Origin: Lytechinus pictus
Lineage: Eukaryota
Reading direction: 5' to 3'
DNA length: 64,000 nucleotides
Assembly: GCF_037042905.1 (NCBI RefSeq)
Contig: NC_087250.1
Span: 28,398,001-28,462,000, forward strand
Shown here: positions 52,383-64,000 of the stretch, piece after piece
Position numbering within the stretch: the stretch's first letter is position 1
Layout: each line of letters begins with the position of its first letter
Notes under the pieces: model-generated
The model's input: only the letters and a program-made list of their open reading frames with translations
What the model was told of the DNA's origin: nothing
Databases searched by the model: none
Made by a program: the position numbers and the translations under genes

Positions 52383-53398
52383 GTATGGTTGTATCGAGTG
52401 CTATCTATCGTAAGGATGCCCACGTATTGATATTATTTTACTAACCTTATTTTTTCATTAAAAGTAATTGGATAATTATGACACAGGTTTGCGGAGACAA
52501 CTTTGGTTTTACTAAACAATAAGGAAGACTTTGAAGATTTAATTTTTTCTTCCTAATCTCTTGGTTGATGTTATAAGGGTAGAATCTGTTTCATCCTTTT
52601 TAAATGGCCTTAAGTGAAACGCCCAGACCGGATATTGACTCTAAAAATGGAAGTGCTGTGGACATTGAAAAGTTCATCACCTTTCTCCTTGTTACTCTCA
52701 TCATAATTTTATTTCGTTATATAATGCTTCTTCTTTGATGCATTGTCAGTTATTCTGCCCCTCATCTTTCCTTTTCTCACTTACTAGCTTGCCTTAATCT
52801 TTCCCCTCATTATTCCGCTGAAGCTCCCCGTCATTCTTTTTATTTCTTTGTTCTTTTGATTTATTCCTCTTTATTTCCGTTTTCCCTTCTTCTTCTCACT
52901 CGTTTAATCTTATTCTTCTTAATTTGTCCTCATTTTTTAAATCTTCTTTTCTTCTTTTTTTCCCCGGTAGTTACCTCAGTTCTTTCCCTTTTCATTTCTT
53001 CATTTCCCGGTTACTCTTGTTATAAGACTCCTTCCATTCTCTTCTTATTGCCTCCTTATTCCTTCGAAAAAAACTGTATGCGCACTCCTCCTTATTAGAC
53101 TGAAGACAGTCATGTGATCCGCCATAGCGTACTTGAGGCAGACGGCAGTGCGCACTTGACTTTTTGTCATCACTTATCGCGCGCTTTTGACTTTTTTCGT
53201 TGCATGCCTCTCGAGTAGGTCTCCCATAATTAATGGAGCGTTTACCTCCTATACACTCTCGGCGAAATTACGAAAACGAACCTAGTTACATTCACCCAAC
53301 ACATTCATTTACGACAACCCTCCAGGAAATCGCTATGAAATGAAATATTAAAGAGATAATTAAATGCTTCATTCACTATTGGGGCTTAAATTACACAT

Positions 53399-53528
53399 GT
53401 GGACCGTAACACAAAGCTTAGCGATGATTGTAGATTTTTTTTCTACGATTGATTCCATTGACTAAAATGTACAATAAATCGTGAAAATCAAGCCTACGAT
53501 TAATTGCTAACCTATGTTTTACGGGACC
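53399..53528. mobile_element. Harbinger-like MITE
   Basis: Reverse-complement homolog of 34981-35111; ends gggacc|cag. Confidence 0.7.
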
Positions 53529-54093
53529 CAGGTGGTCTTTTGTGTGGACCGCACCATTTCTAATTCTATCCTGTACTTTTATCATCCTTTTTTGTTATCA
53601 GTATTTGTTGTTTGTTATTAACAGTTTTGAATTATATGAATAAAAAAATGATCGAAAAAAATAATCATATGTTGACATGGAAAAGTATAATCATTAAAAA
53701 TTACAATTCTCTCTTTATTTCAGATTTCTCTTTCGAACTATTTGATATCAATTTTTAAATTAGTGAATGGTTTCAAATAATTTATTGTTGTGAATCCGCT
53801 GAGTAAACACCAAGTTAGTGCAGACACCAACTGGAGCAGGAAACATTGTCCTTTAATAAACATCAAGTTAATGTCTTCACTCAATTTACAACTTGCTGAT
53901 TAAAATCGACTGCCTCTTATACAAGATTGTTTTAGCAAGCAATAAACCAATAAAGTGGTTCATTTAATCAAAACCCTGACTGGGTAAGAATTAAGATTGC
54001 CATTCCATCTTACCTAGACTGGATAATATTGACTTCAGCTGATACTTCTCCCACGTTCTGACTCAGAGACAATATAAGCTTCATCTGGTCGTA

Positions 54094-54490
54094 CAGTTTA
54101 TTTCCAATTCGTCTTATGCTAATTCGTCCAATTGCCAACACGTCTATTATCATTTGGTTTACCATCAGTTCGTCAACTATCCAAATGGTCTAATTGCCAA
54201 TTCGTCCACTCACTATTTTGTCTAATAACCAGTTGGTCCAATAGCCATTTAGTCCATATACCATAATTGGACTCAGTGTTTATTGCGCAAAATGAATAAA
54301 AATGAAATGGATATTAGACCAACTGGTTATGAGACGAATTGGTCATAGCCGAAATGGTGATTAGATAAAGTGATAATTGGACCAAAGGGTTGTTAGACGA
54401 AATGTTGATGGACGGAATGGCATTAGACTAAATGACCGTAGACCATTTGGTGAGTGGACGAGTTGGCAATATACGAATTGGCAATTTACC
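54094..54490. mobile_element. Foldback-type MITE built from short inverted cgtc/ggtc-agac motifs
   Basis: ccaattcgtc...cgaattggcaatttacc termini; left half rich in tcgtcc/tggtc, right half in gacgaa/gacca. Confidence 0.6.
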
Positions 54491-54979
54491 GGTCGGGTTC
54501 GTATGTCGCATACAAGATGATGCAAACTTCAGCAAAATGAATTTGAATATATCATTTATTTGTTTTTTCTTTTTATTTCATTTTTAGCGCAATAACGGCA
54601 AGTTAAATATAGCTTTTACAACTCAAAATCAATTAGAAAAATACGGTTTGAAATTACGTTTAAAATAAACATGAACAAAATCCAATAAGTATAAAGAAAG
54701 TAGTTTAATCATTATTACCGATCAGAAAACTTAACAAAAAGCTGTATTGCCAAAAAAAAATTGCGAAAGTACCCTTTTTTTAGTCAGGTCACCTGAAAAA
54801 TTTAAACTTTTAAATCTGCCATACCAAGGTGAAAGAACAACATAATAATGCAGACCTGATTTCAAGTATGGTTATGCACAGTTTTGTATTGGGCTCGTTG
54901 AACCAGATACATGTACATGGATTTTTTAATAGAAATATTTGATATTTGGATATTTTGTGTTACCTTCATCCTTTCTGTA

Positions 54980-55150
54980 TTATTATTGTTATAATTGTCA
55001 ATATTATTATATTTGTTATTATTATTATTATTATTATTATCATCATCATCATCATTATTATTATTATCATTGATATTATTATTATTTTCATCATTATTAT
55101 TAGTTATTATTGTTATTAGTAGTTTTACTATTATCATTATCATCATTATA
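54980..55150. repeat. (ATT)n/(ATC)n microsatellite
   Basis: Trinucleotide run. Confidence 0.9.
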
Positions 55151-55244
55151 TCTATGTTTTGTTGTTCCATTATGGCTGTGGTAGTGTCAGCATGTTTGAT
55201 TTATCATCATTATATCTTTACAACAAATCGATTGTCTCTTCAAA

Positions 55245-55553
55245 AAGGAGCTTTTGCTCCTGAAGGTACGGCAGATACAATTACATAGAAAATGCCCTTC
55301 ATGACAATGAACAACTAAGAGGTCTGTCGAAAATCGGTGAATCAAAAGAGCAGTTTCGTCCTGTGGACCCCTTGCCAACATGACCAACGGTAAATTTGCA
55401 TTTTTTTGTTAGTGCCAAAACGTAGGATGAAACTGCTGTTCCGGTACACCAATTTTCGACAAAGACCTCCTAGCTGTTTATTGTCATTTGATGGGCGTTT
55501 CAATACATTTACGGAGTTCTTGAATCCGTCATGCGTCTCGGAGCAAAAATTCT
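55245..55553. mobile_element. Palindromic MITE-like element with about 120-bp imperfect arms
   Basis: ttttgctcc...atgacaatgaacaactaagaggtctgtcgaaaatcggtg...gcagtttcgtcct pairs with aggatgaaactgc...caccaattttcgacaaagacctcctagctgtttattgtcat...ggagcaaaa. Confidence 0.65.
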
Positions 55554-55711
55554 TTATCATTGCCTTATCGTCCGACTTGAAGGACCACAATGCCACAGTG
55601 CGCTGACATAGTAAACTATCTGATTCGAACTGATAAAAGACACCAATTTAGCAATGTTAAGATAATTTACACAGTGCTCTACACTGTGGGCACTATTTAT
55701 GCTCAGTTCCT

Positions 55712-56156
55712 ATGATGATGATGATGATGATGCACAGCATTTATATAGCGCCATATATTTGTCAAAGACATTCAAAGGCGCATTGGAGGAGCCAGCCAAT
55801 CTGGGTCGCCTATACAAGGGCGCGCACACAAAACTGTGACCCGCATATCTCTCCTCCCGATAACTGGTTGGGGGAATGCAGGTGGACCACTGCGCCGGGG
55901 TTTCCCCCTGCTCTTATTCGAATAGTGCAATGGGTTCTTAATGTGCAAAGGTGGTGATTCTCCTCTACACGGGGCCTCCATTTAACGTCCTATCCGAGGG
56001 ACGGAGTGTTTTCCACTGTAACATAGCCTGCATCTATGAAACAGGGGAGAGACGTTTACACACAACGCACTGGCTTCAGTCATCCGCCCGGGGTGGACTC
56101 GAACCCACGATCTTTGGTTCGACGGGCAGACGCTTTACCGACTAAGCCAACTTCGC
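55712..56156 (-). mobile_element. DeuSINE-type tRNA-derived SINE, near full length
   Basis: Minus strand: A box TGGCTTAGTCGG, B box GGTTCGAGTCC, Deu/Nin-domain-like CCGTCCCTCGGATAGGACGTTAAA...TAAAGAACCCATTGCACTATTCGAATAAGAGCAGGGG...CCCCGG, (cat)n tail. Confidence 0.8.
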
Positions 56157-56861
56157 TCTCTATTGTATTCTATTGTATAGTATAATGGTAATTATTCTCA
56201 ATGTAACATTATATTCTGTCAATTTATTTATTTGGTTTTATGCATGGTGAAAAAGAAAACAAACAGTGTGGAAATCATCTTACACTGTACCATAAACTAT
56301 CAATAATTATTACGGTTATGGTAGTTATCCCCATCCTAGCTTCATGTTTTATAATGCATTTATTAGGCCTAATCGTGGCTAATTCAAATTACATGAATTA
56401 AGACAATAAATGTACACGAAACAGGCCTTTGATATTATGTTCTGAGCACTTAGGTGTATTGCCAAGTAAGTATTCACTATTTCATCCTATCTGGCCTCTC
56501 AGTGCAATGTGCATTGTAGAGTGAAATGGTGTAGGGCAACGGTATCAATTATTCATTGATTGCATGAAGGCGAGGAAGAAGAAAGTGATCACAGTCTCAC
56601 CCATCAGATTACACACAGTCCATAGGTTGGGGATTAAGGAAGGGGTACTAAGGGGTGAGAGATTATCCACTGCACCGCTCTTCATTGCATACTACATACC
56701 GTAAGACAGCTGTCTGGGCAGATAAACAAATCAAACAAACAAGCAAAATATACAGTGAAAAATCATTTCTTCCATAATATGTTCATTTTATATTGATTGG
56801 GAAACGGAATTGTTTTTTGATTGTTTTACTTGCTTTATGTATGTGTAAAACATAAATTTAA

Positions 56862-57269
56862 AAAGATCAGTAAACAGCGAACGCTAGTTTTGGTAACGAT
56901 ATCAAAATGAGTTCGTACAGAATCCATCGAAATGACCACCAAAGTGTCTGTTTGTATAAATAAAACGTATGTGCCAAAGGATTCTGGAAGAAATTGTGTA
57001 ATTGCGGAGAAATCAGCAAATAAGCACAGGATTCGGGTAGAGCGTCGGGCCCGACATTCAAAGCAATAATTATACACTGTCCCACGTGCGCTTATCTGTG
57101 TTGGGGATCTTCAGTCTGAACATTTTTCAGCGTAGATTTCAAGATTTCACAAAGTTAAGTTTATATAACTGTACCAGATCTAGACCCTCGATGATATACT
57201 GACAATTAAGCCTTGTTTTACAGACTTTCTCATGAAATCAGTGTTTACTGCAAATACTGGAATTTCTCT
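56862..57269. mobile_element. Kolobok-like non-autonomous element
   Basis: Homologous to the split element at 3023-3875; ends CTCT|ttag. Left boundary approximate. Confidence 0.6.
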
Positions 57270-57572
57270 TTAGGACCTAACATGAAACATAATACAAATC
57301 AAACTGGGTGGGGCCAACGCGAACTTTTAAACTTTGAATAATTTCAAATTAATGTATTTTATTCAATTAAATAGATTCTTGTATATTTTGATATCATGAA
57401 AGTGGGTGAAAATAGTTACTTATAAATACATATATTATGTGATATTTTGCTCACGACCCATCAAAATCGCCTTCTCATTATCTTACTGCCTGCATGGTAT
57501 TGCCTTGTAATTGAACTTTTATCAACAATCCAACAATTCACGAAAGGGAAATTAGCACCCCGCCGAGTTTTT

Positions 57573-58175
57573 TTGATTGATTGTTTTTATTTTATTTCTG
57601 CATTCTAGATAAATATGCAACATAACATCTAGGTTAAACATTTAAGTTTTACAAAACAATAAAGCAATAGTCATAATAAAGCAATGAAAAATAAATATCA
57701 ATAAGAAGCAATATTCAATTAAAAGAAAATAACAGTTTAACGAATGCAGGAGACCGCCATCGTGAGCGATTAAGCTTGGGAATGATGGCGGCCTCGTAAA
57801 AATGGTACATACATTTCTTTCTTCATTGATCAAGTGGGTGCAATTCAGGTGCAGGTGCGGGTGAAGTAAAAGGCAGTTGATTAATTAACTTGAAGAGGTG
57901 GATGAATATGATTCGATGGTTTTTCTTTTAATAGTAGCTTAAAATGAGTATATTGTTGAACATGACTTAATATTGTCTGGAAAGTTGTTCCAAATATGAG
58001 GACCATAATGTCGATTTGATTTATGAGTTATTAATAACTTAGGGTCGGTGAGATGGAGGTTTCCTGATGTGCGGGTTGGGTAAGAATGAACAGACCTGTT
58101 AAACCTAAACATATTATTAAAGGACGGAGGAAGTTGATAATTAAGACATTTGAACATAAAGATAGCCACTTGAAT
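57573..58175 (-). mobile_element. CR1/L2-group LINE 3' fragment
   Basis: AIFMFKCLNYQLPPSFNNMF...HSYPTR...YGPHIWN.FPDNIKSCSTIYSF is a typical ORF2 C-terminus. A 3' stem-loop (ccgccatc/gatggcgg) and (aatc)n tail follow. Confidence 0.8.
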
Positions 58176-59369
58176 CGTATTGATTCAAGTAGCCATATTA
58201 CAACTTTTCAAAACTGAATTTGCGATTTCATTGTAGCGAGATCCAGAAACAGGTTTCCAGCCCTATGCACGCTAGGGTAGAGAAGTCTGTAACCGCCACT
58301 TGTATTACTGGCAAGAGGAGGAGGGGGGGGGGGGGGAGTCATTCTGCTCGATCGTGTTCTAATCAAGCTGAAACTGAGATGAACCGTTTAGTAAATGCCA
58401 CCCTTATCATAACTGTTATCCCACAAGTCAGGATAGGTAGGACCTACTTTGTAAATTGAGTGATGATTAATGCCATAAAGCCACATGCCCATTCAACTTA
58501 TCACTAAATATTGAAGCTATATCTTATCCTTCAATGAATATACATATATGATATGAAGCCTACCTAACGCGGTTTGTAAATCAAATACTATAAAAGTTCG
58601 TCTTGCTTCAATTGGGCATTTTACTGTTTCAAAAATATTAGAAAGAAGTATCATTTTGAATATTGGTGGTTTTACGACCATTTTCCTATCAAGGCCCAAA
58701 CGCATTACTAAATTGATCGATCTCATGATTGACAAGCACTCATGCATTGCCATCATCCAGAAAGGTAATGGCGTGAAACAGATATCAAGAAAGAATTATT
58801 ATTATTATTATTATTATTATTTATTTGACCAATATAAAAAGTACATTCACATTACATTAGAATACAAAAATACAGTACACGAACATGCAAAGAAATACGG
58901 GAACGACATGTGGGTCAGGGGGCACAAAAGCGAAATCCATCACTGTTGCCCGAAGGCATGAGCCCCCACACATGCCGCTCCCAAGACATAAATAAAATAT
59001 ATAAATACTCTTACACAAAATATTGCACGTTAAAAAAGGTAATACTGAAAAGGGTGCCAAAATAATTAATTAGATAGTCTTGAGATGCATTAAAAAAATA
59101 CCACTGCAAAATTGTAAAAATATAACATAGTAAAAAATTAACACCTCGGTGCTGAACAGTAATATGAAAAGGGCATTCTAAATAAACTTGCAATAGAAAT
59201 TGGAAATTCAATTAACATCGTGATACTTCAATCCGACAGCCTCTCTTTCTATTTTGTCCATGTATTCAACTAAATAATCATTAATCGATGCACTTACTAA
59301 TATATATAATTCTCTACATGAATTTTACATTCATCTCCCTTTTCATTCATCTTTTTTTATGTTTCGTAT

Positions 59370-59573
59370 TAAGGGCGGATCCAGGATTTTCCAAAGGGGG
59401 GGGGGGTACATTTTCCGAAGAAAAATATGACAAGCCCCAAAAACATAAAAATAAAGATTTTTAATAAAAAATTGCGGAGATTTCGTCCCAGAAAAAATTT
59501 ACACGCAAAAAAGGTCTTCACTTTCAAGGGGGGGGGGGCGCGGGCCGGCTGTGCCCCGTTGGATCCGCCAGTG
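59370..59573. mobile_element. hAT-like MITE
   Basis: GGCGGATCCA / TGGATCCGCC TIRs and a perfect 8-bp TSD tttcgtat (59362-59369 and 59574-59581). Confidence 0.85.
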
Positions 59574-59949
59574 TTTCGTATATTTCTTGACTTACTAAGA
59601 TATCTTTTTATGAATGCATTTTCTCTGTTCTATCTCCCTCCGCCATCACTCTCTCGATCCCTGTCTCACGTTCTCGAATTTGATATTAATAGTACAGGTA
59701 GATGTTTGTGTCTGAGCGGTTTTTTTTTCACTATTTTTTTTTCTTACCCCCCCCCCCCTTTCGTTATTTCTTTCTGCCTATTTTTTTTCTTCCTTCTTTC
59801 TTTCCTTCTTTCTTTATTTCTTTCTATTGTGTTTTATTAGTATTTGTGTCTGAGCGGGGTTTTTTCACTATTTTTTGTTATTTCTTACCCCCCCCCCATT
59901 TCGTTCTTTCTTTCTGCCTATTTTGTTTTTTGTTTGTTTGATTTTTTTT

Positions 59950-60022
59950 TCTTTCTTTCTTTCTTTCGTTCCTTCGTTCCTTCCTTTTTTCTTTCTTTCT
60001 TTTTTCTTTCTTTCTTTCCTTT

Positions 60023-60054
<32 letters not shown>

Positions 60055-60058
60055 TTTT

Positions 60059-60148
<90 letters not shown>
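59950..60148 (+). repeat. (TTTC)n microsatellite
   Basis: Near-perfect tetranucleotide run. Confidence 0.95.
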
Positions 60149-60149
<1 letters not shown>

Positions 60150-61224
60150 GTGTCCCTTCTCTTCTCTCTTTGTTTACATGTATGTTTCTTTCTCTTTCCT
60201 TTTTGTTTTCTTATATATATGCTTCTTTCTTTGTATTTGTTCTTTCTCTCTATTTTAGCACTGTTATAGGTGTATAAGCCATATCGTATCGTAATGTCTC
60301 CTGTATCTTTGAATTTTGTTGATTACATAATATGTAGGGATACAAATAATTTGAAACATAATTTACCAACTATCATGTCAGATTGCGAAGCCTGGCTTAC
60401 CATTGTTGATTCATTATCGGATGCGTCCGATTTGTAGTGCGTTGAAGTATCTTTGTTCTTAATGTCTTTAATCTGCAGAAGAAGCAAGACTAGTAACTAC
60501 CACCACTGCTACTGCTTCCACTACTAGTATTATTCTACCCCCTCCCTCTCTTCCTCTCTCTATCTCAAATTCAAACTCACATAATCCAACCTTCTATCTA
60601 TTCCACCCTTACCTGTTGCAAAATTTCGTTTAGGTAATAAAGTTATGTCATTGATTTCATCCATTGAGTGGTTTGGTGAGTGCTCGATCGATAAGGTTCA
60701 ATGTTCTTCGCTTCTTGCATGTTATTAACCTATCACATACCCCACGGGTCCACGCGCACACATCGTCATCACTCACATCTACGCACGCGCACACTCACCC
60801 ATGTTCAATGTTCTTCTTATTTGCACATTATGAGCCGATTACGCACCCCAAAGGTCCAAACGCACATATCATCACACACACACACCCTCTCTCTCTCACA
60901 CACACACAAACACCCTCACCCTTATATCTCCACACTCACTCAAGTTCAGTGCTCTTCCAATCTTGCTCATTACTAGCTCATCACACACCTCACGGATCTA
61001 CATGCGCCCATACACTCAACCCTACGCACCCCTCTTACGCACATCTGAAATACCATTATCTTCCCTATTTCAAAATTTACACTGAGAATAGAATGATGGT
61101 TTACAATGCATAGTATTGTATTAGTTTTATTATCGTGTTGCGACTGTGTAGCTTAAATGTATTAAAGTAGAATATAAAAAAAGCCCACGCATCGACAAAA
61201 AGTTGCTCTCTTCAAAATCCATCT

Positions 61225-61575
61225 AGCCATGTTTTCGTTATTTTCTTCCTCCTCCTTCTTCTTTTCCTTTATGCCATAAAACACGCTTCTGAAAGTTTTC
61301 GTTCCGTTTATTTTTTTTTTTATTATTTCACTACGTTTCTTAGGTGGTTTGGCGTTTTATTTATGAAGGAAAAGCACAAGGGGCAACTTTCAGGATAAAG
61401 TCAATGATAAGGATTAAGTTTCAGACGGAATTGATGCTGAACGAAGTCTATACAATGATCTTATCATGCGCATGAAATAATAAAAAAAATAAACGGAACG
61501 AAAACTTTTAGAAGCGTGTTTTATGGCATAAAGGAGAAGAAGTAGGAGGAGGAAGAAAATAACGAAAACATGGCT
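61225..61575. mobile_element. MITE with about 105-bp near-identical TIRs
   Basis: 61225-61330 is the reverse complement of 61473-61575 with few differences. Confidence 0.8.
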
Positions 61576-62317
61576 TAAAGAGACAGTGTAAATTAAAGCA
61601 AAAAAACGTAGCTTCTTGAATAGTGAAGAGGGGGGGGGGGGCAAGAAGAGAAAGGGTGATAGGCATGATATGGGATAAGGCACAGTGCGTGTGTCTGTTC
61701 AAGAAAGAAAGCCGGATAGACAGAGGAAGAAACAGAGGCAGACAGAGAGAAAGAGACAGAGATGGGAAGTGGGGGGGGGGGGGGTGTCAGCGTCCTTGGC
61801 TTGATACATCGACAATCAGTATTCCAATCCCAGAGGCGAAATTCGACCAAAATAACTGCGGAAAACTATAAGTCTTATTCCTGCATCAAATAATTCATGA
61901 AAGGGGCCTCTACTCCAAACCTCATGTTCACTCACATGACGTTAAGTCTTTCAATCTCAAGCGTCCGGTGACCATGGGAAGTATCACAAAGTGATTGCGG
62001 ATTTCCAGTGTATGGGTTAATGCTCCATGAATTAAGCACGGCAGATGTTTTTGAGGTTGGTGATATAAGTCCATGGGGCCTTTTAAAGGAATGTATTAAT
62101 CATCTAGAGGCAGGGATAGTTGCAGTCAAACGTAGTTTTAGAAATCAAACAAAAATTGATTTCGTCTAATCAATTTGGAACCTCTGCTTGTTTTTATACT
62201 TGCGTTAAAACGCGACGCTTTCTGTAACTTGCTCTATATGATCGCTAATAGGGATGATAGTATGTTCTTGAATAGAACATGCGTGTAAGTCTATTGGACG
62301 TGGTGAACACGACTTAA

Positions 62318-62636
62318 AGGTCCGAGTCCATCCCAGAAAAAAATGTTAATCTATAGAGAAAAATCAAACAAGCAAAATGCTAACAATTTCATCACGATCG
62401 GATGTAAAAAAAAAAATTGGCATTTTAAAGTTTCGCTTATTTTTCACAAAACATATGCAAATGAGAGAGTCGAATAAATCCCTCCCTCACTAGTTCTTTT
62501 GTTTCTATTGTTTGAAATATACAATATCTCATTTTTTCTACAGATTTGACAATAAGTCCAACTTGACTGAACCTTAAAATGTTGAAACAATGGTAATTCC
62601 ACATGTTCAGTTGGGAAAACTTTCTGTTTCATAGGA
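62318..62636. mobile_element. Truncated Kolobok-like MITE, family of 31158-31760
   Basis: ttaa|AGGTCCGAGTCCATCCC start, colinear with 31158-31500, cut off at a SINE tail. Confidence 0.75.
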
Positions 62637-62865
62637 CAATAATAATAATAATAGCTGGATTTATATAGCGCTTTTGCCTAAAATTCAAAGCGCTTGCTAT
62701 TATTACCCCGGCTTTAGCTCGAGCTACCATCACCGGCGATCAGTGCATGCAAGGAATTAATCCTACCAGGTACCCATTCACCTCACCTGGGTCGAATGCA
62801 GCACAGAGTGGATATATGTCTTGCTGAAGGAAAACACGCATGGCTACGATTCGAACCCTTGACCT
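62637..62865 (-). mobile_element. tRNA-derived SINE, family A, 5'-truncated
   Basis: ggtacccattcacctcacctgggtcgaatgcagcaca...gattcgaaccc; (aat)n tail on the + strand. Confidence 0.8.
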
Positions 62866-64000
62866 TAAATATTTGCATGTATAACATACAATTCCATGAA
62901 ATAATAATAATGATAGTAATAAAAATGATACTAATAATATATGCTTATATAGCACATAATATTCGACAAAATCTCTATGCGCTTTACATGTACATAAAAA
63001 GTAACAAGTATATTTACCTAGAATAACAAAAATAATAAATGAAAAAAAAAACATTGTAACGGATACATACAAAATAATTTATTCCTTGCAGAACTACTAG
63101 ATCATTGCTAGAAATTAATGCATTTTTTCTTTTCTTATATTCTTTTCCTGGTGATTGTCTGGAAATATTAACGACAGATTTTGCAACTCCCTCATGATGA
63201 TTTAAGTAATTATATTATCTTCAGAGATTACGTTGTATTGTTTTCAATTTCCTATCTGCAAATTTTGGATTCCATTTCTCCTTTTTTTAATACAATCAAT
63301 ACATGTACTTTTTTTTCATGAACGTTTTTTTATTTAATTTTGTAATGAATGTTTTCTTCTTTTAATTTCATATTTTAGCCTGGTACATTATTTGCCTCCC
63401 TTCTCTGTCCCTGTCTCTATATCACTCTTTCTGCCTGTCTCCATATCTCTAAAAAGATAGAGGTACAGAGTAACTGAATATGTGATAATATACGTTTGTG
63501 GTGACGTTGTCATGCTTTACAAATTTCTATTCTCTATACATTATGTCATTCTGGTGTTCATAAAATCGAACACCTTATTTTAACAAGTTGACGGACATTT
63601 TTGAAAAAAAGATAATAATTTATATTCCCTGCTCTTTCTTTCTGCATCCATTTATCACCTCTTCATAATATCTTCATAACTTCCATGTTTTCTGAACCTT
63701 CAGATTATACATTACAAAGAAAATGTATAAGTATATTTATTGCTCTTTATGCATGTTTTACGTGGATTAAAAACATTCGCAATACATTTTCGTTTGAATT
63801 TTACTTGTACAGGCAAAACGCATCCCTGTGTATAGGTATTCATCCTGATTGTCTTATTAATCACACGTAAAGAATACAGTATTTGAATTTCACGACATAA
63901 AAGTAATGCGATGTTTCTTTTGAAAGATAAAATGACAAAATTAATCACTTTATTCTCCATGGTACTGATGTGTAAGATTCAAACACTACACCGCGTTCTT

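Noticed and set aside
56509..56530. miR-33-like start GTGCATTGTAG
   Set aside because: Only the first 11 nt match and no precursor hairpin is evident.

Overview
AT-rich (roughly 35% GC by eye) animal non-coding DNA. The repeat families are typical of an invertebrate deuterostome, most likely a sea urchin (inference). I found no intact host protein-coding exon, rRNA, true tRNA gene or CRISPR array; most ORFs in the track come from microsatellites or repeats. The supportable content is a dense mosaic of mobile elements: a 5'-truncated Tc1 element with an uninterrupted DD34E catalytic domain (6178-7092, -), two decayed LINE ORF2 ends (Tx1/L1-like at about 50.9-52.4 kb; CR1/L2-like at about 57.6-58.2 kb), five tRNA-derived SINEs including a near-complete DeuSINE, and many MITEs (Harbinger-, hAT-, Kolobok- and CACTA-like), plus mini- and microsatellites. 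The strongest leads beyond routine annotation are four. (1) Several + strand sites where a 3' splice site is fused directly to a 5' splice site (YAG|GTRAG), some with long AG-free zones; these may be recursive-splicing ratchet points in one long intron. (2) A decayed, apparently intronless FN3-FN3-TM receptor-like pseudogene at about 47.9-48.65 kb (-) that the ORF track does not reveal. (3) Excess perfect RTGACGTCAY (CRE) and TCACGTGA (E-box) palindromes. (4) Transposon-derived arrays with higher-order or hairpin structure at about 22.3-23.1 kb and 38.5-38.7 kb. All functional readings are hypotheses from sequence alone.
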